Part shown: piece after piece, positions 61,520-64,000 of the stretch
How the letters are laid out: every line of letters starts with the position of its first letter
Position numbering within the stretch: position 1 is the first letter of the stretch
From: an uncultured Gammaproteobacteria bacterium
Lineage (GTDB): Bacteria > Patescibacteriota > Microgenomatia > Levybacterales > UBA12049
Assembly: GCA_964512695.1 (NCBI GenBank)
Contig: CAZEJU010000001.1
Coordinates: 71,803 to 135,802, forward strand
DNA: 64,000 bases
Direction: 5' to 3'
The notes under the pieces: generated by a model
What the model was told of the DNA's origin: nothing
The model's input: only the letters and a program-made list of their open reading frames with translations
Database searches by the model: none
Program-made: the position numbers and the translations under genes

Positions 61520-62065
61520 ATGAATAAAATCGTAATTATGATTGCCATTATCGTAATTGGCGGAATGGGATTATTCTTGTATTCAAATAATAGTAATAAG
61601 AGTGACTTAGCTAATAATGAAAAGTCTGCAACACAGACCTACTACAATCCTGTTCGTGGGATCAAGTTTCAACATCCTTCGACCTGGAAAGTAGATTCTC
61701 AAATCGTTGATGGGCCAAATCCTATTATTGCAAAGTTTGATAGGGATTCGGATACTTCCCTTATGCTTTTACATGAGGCGAATACCAACAATATCAACTT
61801 TGATGAATATAAGAGAACTTCTTTAGATGAGCTAAAGTTTGCACCTGGCTATTTATTAGTATCAGAAGAAACCAAAACAGCGAATGCAGTTCAGACATAC
61901 CAAGTTACTGCGAAGTTTGAGAAGGGCGTACAAAGCCGGAGCATACACTTCATGTCACCAGACAATAGCAAACTGTTTACGCTCGTATATCGCTCAACAG
62001 AAGGTAAATTCAGTCAGTATCTAAACGAACTTGAATCAATATTGGGCACGATAGAAGTTAAATAG
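61520..62065 (+). CDS. Hypothetical signal-anchored secreted protein
   Basis: N-terminal hydrophobic anchor then a soluble domain. No motif recognised. Confidence 0.3.
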   Translation: MNKIVIMIAIIVIGGMGLFLYSNNSNKSDLANNEKSATQTYYNPVRGIKFQHPSTWKVDSQIVDGPNPIIAKFDRDSDTSLMLLHEANTNNINFDEYKRTSLDELKFAPGYLLVSEETKTANAVQTYQVTAKFEKGVQSRSIHFMSPDNSKLFTLVYRSTEGKFSQYLNELESILGTIEVK

Positions 62066-62100
62066 GACTATTCCTGATTAGCTATTAACGCTTAAACTGG

Positions 62101-62787
62101 ATGAGTTTGAGTGTAGATTTTGTGGGCATAAATAATCTTATTCAGCGGAAAAAAGTTATGGCTTTATCACCATATCATCAAAAATACACCAGTCTATCCG
62201 ATGCTGAAATTCAAAAAAGGGCTGATGAGAAAAAGAAAGAATTAGCCGCGATTTTTCAGCAGGTACAACTAAAAACTGTCGGTGAGCCCGTAAGAATCGC
62301 GGTTATGGGATGTGGTGATAAAAGATTTATAAAATATCATAAAGAAATTTTTCAAAGTTTTATCAAAAAACCAGTAGAAATTTTTACATTCGATATTACA
62401 ATAGATCATCTTGCCGACGAAGAGAATGTTATACAACATGATTGCACCCTTCCTCTGCCAAATGGTCATTTTGATACAACGTATGCTCATGTACTTTTAC
62501 GATTTGTTGAAACCGATAAACAATGGGATTTAATAAAAAACTCGGTTGACGTACTAAAATCAGGTGGATTGGCAATTCACCTTTTAGATAAAGAAGATTA
62601 CGAAACAAAAGAACTAAAACTTTCAAATGGGTTATTCTCCGTTCCACTAGATAAATGGAAAGCAAGGCTTGATGAATTAGGTTATGAATACAAAGCGATA
62701 CCAGTAAAATACGGCGTGGCATTGGTAATTTTAAAAAATAGTTTGTTCCAAAGATCTTTAGAATTCCACCATTTTACTATGAGATAA
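62101..62787 (+). CDS. Class I SAM-dependent methyltransferase
   Basis: Motif I VRIAVMGCGDKRF and Rossmann-fold order. Substrate unknown. Confidence 0.5.
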   Translation: MSLSVDFVGINNLIQRKKVMALSPYHQKYTSLSDAEIQKRADEKKKELAAIFQQVQLKTVGEPVRIAVMGCGDKRFIKYHKEIFQSFIKKPVEIFTFDITIDHLADEENVIQHDCTLPLPNGHFDTTYAHVLLRFVETDKQWDLIKNSVDVLKSGGLAIHLLDKEDYETKELKLSNGLFSVPLDKWKARLDELGYEYKAIPVKYGVALVILKNSLFQRSLEFHHFTMR

Positions 62788-62840
62788 GGGATAAGCCGAA
62801 GAGAAGTACATATAAAAATTCCTATAAATACCTGAGTATT

Positions 62841-63410
62841 TTATAGCTCTACTTTTATTTTTTTTAATTCTTCCACAAGAACACTAACAGGTAGTCCAAC
62901 TATATTATAAAAATCTCCGTCTATCCGATCTACAAGTACACTTCCCTTTTCCTGAATCCTAAACGCCCCAGCAGCACCTTTATATTCACCCGTCCTTACG
63001 TACCATTCAATATCTTTTTTTGTTAATTTTTTAAAATAGACTTTCGTTTCTACCGAAGCTGTATAGGTTTTTTTCATTCCCGTATGCATAACCGTAAAGC
63101 CAGTAATAACACTAAGCTCTTTCCCGCTTAATTTCTGTAGTATTCTTCTCGCATGATTTTCGTTTTCTGGTTTACCTAAAATCTCGTCGTTATAAACGAT
63201 AAACGTATCTGCCGCAATAATAACAGCATCCGCATGCTTTACCGCGACTGCTTTTGCCTTTTCCAAAGATAACAGTTCTGCATTACTTCGTGGTTTTAAC
63301 CGGGGATTTAATTTTTCTTCTATTTTCGGTCCTACTGTACGAAATTTTAACCCAATCTTCTGGAGTAGTTCTTTCCGTCGTGGTGATGTCGAAGCAAGAA
63401 TAATCCTCAT
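62841..63410 (-). CDS. maf: Maf-family nucleoside triphosphate pyrophosphatase
   Basis: MRIILASTSPRRKELL N-terminal signature. 189 aa. Confidence 0.85.
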   Translation of the reverse strand: MRIILASTSPRRKELLQKIGLKFRTVGPKIEEKLNPRLKPRSNAELLSLEKAKAVAVKHADAVIIAADTFIVYNDEILGKPENENHARRILQKLSGKELSVITGFTVMHTGMKKTYTASVETKVYFKKLTKKDIEWYVRTGEYKGAAGAFRIQEKGSVLVDRIDGDFYNIVGLPVSVLVEELKKIKVEL

Positions 63411-63982
63411 ATACTTGGATTATAGATAACAATTCCTTTATACGCAAAGAATTTCCCGAAATCTTTAAATGATATTTTCGCAAAAGCCTGAGACTTACTC
63501 CAATAACCTGATGGGTTATGAAGATAGAACAGTTTTTTATCAAAATCGTAACCTACTATTAAAACTAGATGGCCTCCTATTTGCATGGACGTATCTTTTG
63601 GATTCCTAATACGGGGATCAACTGATACTAAAACAAAGTTCTTCTTCAACAGCTCGGTGATAATATCATGCATAATAAATATTTTCTTAACGCTTGCCTG
63701 TAAACCGAATTCGTTTTTTAGAAAAACAATAAAAGGTTCATAAAATAAACCTTCAATTGATTTTTTATATTCTTTTGTTTTCAGATATCTGTTGTGAACC
63801 TTATACCCACCATATTGCTCACACAATTTCGCCAACGTATAAAGTTTAATATTTTTCTTCAAACTATACTCTAATACTGACTTCAGACATGCCATACCAC
63901 ATGAGTTCCAACTCCAATGTAAATATTCATGTCTATTAAGTGCACCAGAACTTTTCCAGTTAGGATCTTCTTCTGCTGACAA
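63407..63982 (-). CDS. C39-like papain-fold cysteine peptidase domain protein
   Basis: CGMACLKSVL (catalytic Cys context of C39 peptidases) and GGHLVLIVGYD (His). Start lies near the window end. Confidence 0.45.
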   Translation of the reverse strand: MSAEEDPNWKSSGALNRHEYLHWSWNSCGMACLKSVLEYSLKKNIKLYTLAKLCEQYGGYKVHNRYLKTKEYKKSIEGLFYEPFIVFLKNEFGLQASVKKIFIMHDIITELLKKNFVLVSVDPRIRNPKDTSMQIGGHLVLIVGYDFDKKLFYLHNPSGYWSKSQAFAKISFKDFGKFFAYKGIVIYNPSI

Positions 63983-64000
63983 TTTCCCTGAAAGAAAAGA

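Overview
This is a gene-dense, low-GC (roughly one third G+C by eye) bacterial chromosomal segment that reads with the standard genetic code and uses mostly TAA stops. The gene content resembles a small-genome, possibly monoderm or CPR/Patescibacteria-like, organism: short housekeeping operons, many fused enzymes, no pilus secretin, and weak Shine-Dalgarno sequences. That placement is inference only.

Main blocks:
- serA-serC.
- rpmF.
- nusB-rnc.
- rpsP-KH-trmD.
- An 11-kb type IV pilus locus on the minus strand, running pilB-pilT-pilC-pilin-pilD-four more pilins-pilX-like-pilM-pilN-pilO.
- holB.
- An HxlR / FMN-reductase divergent pair with a perfect 21-bp palindrome between them.
- A thiol-redox group: Lpd-like flavoprotein, stand-alone ATP-cone, CcdA-like, Cys-rich anchored protein.
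- A partly decayed cation-transporter cluster: Ca-type P-ATPase, MgtE TM-only, frameshifted kup, CaCA remnant.
- gyrB-ppa-Zn-ribbon-gyrA.
- folD.
- A pyrimidine block: pyrE-like, pyrF, and an amidohydrolase::PyrD fusion.
- A DDAH-like amidinotransferase next to argG::MGS-like.
- SIMPL protein, xer recombinase, yebC, rluA-family, MFS, efp, pepA, tRNA-Leu(CAA), SAM-MTase, maf, C39-like peptidase.

Unusual items:
- A genome-wide family of intergenic hairpin elements built from tandem heptamers. They bracket pilT and rpmF precisely and spill into one pilin leader.
- Two (CTAACTN)n tandem arrays that bound a 4.8-kb segment containing xer and a 1.25-kb ORF-free region.
- A ~50% GC, hairpin-flanked mini-locus encoding a 48-aa highly basic peptide.
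- A compositionally foreign two-gene islet (B12-binding radical SAM plus a nucleoside 2-deoxyribosyltransferase-like fusion protein, next to a MazG-like NTP pyrophosphatase). I consider this islet the best candidate for an undescribed nucleoside/nucleotide-modifying system.
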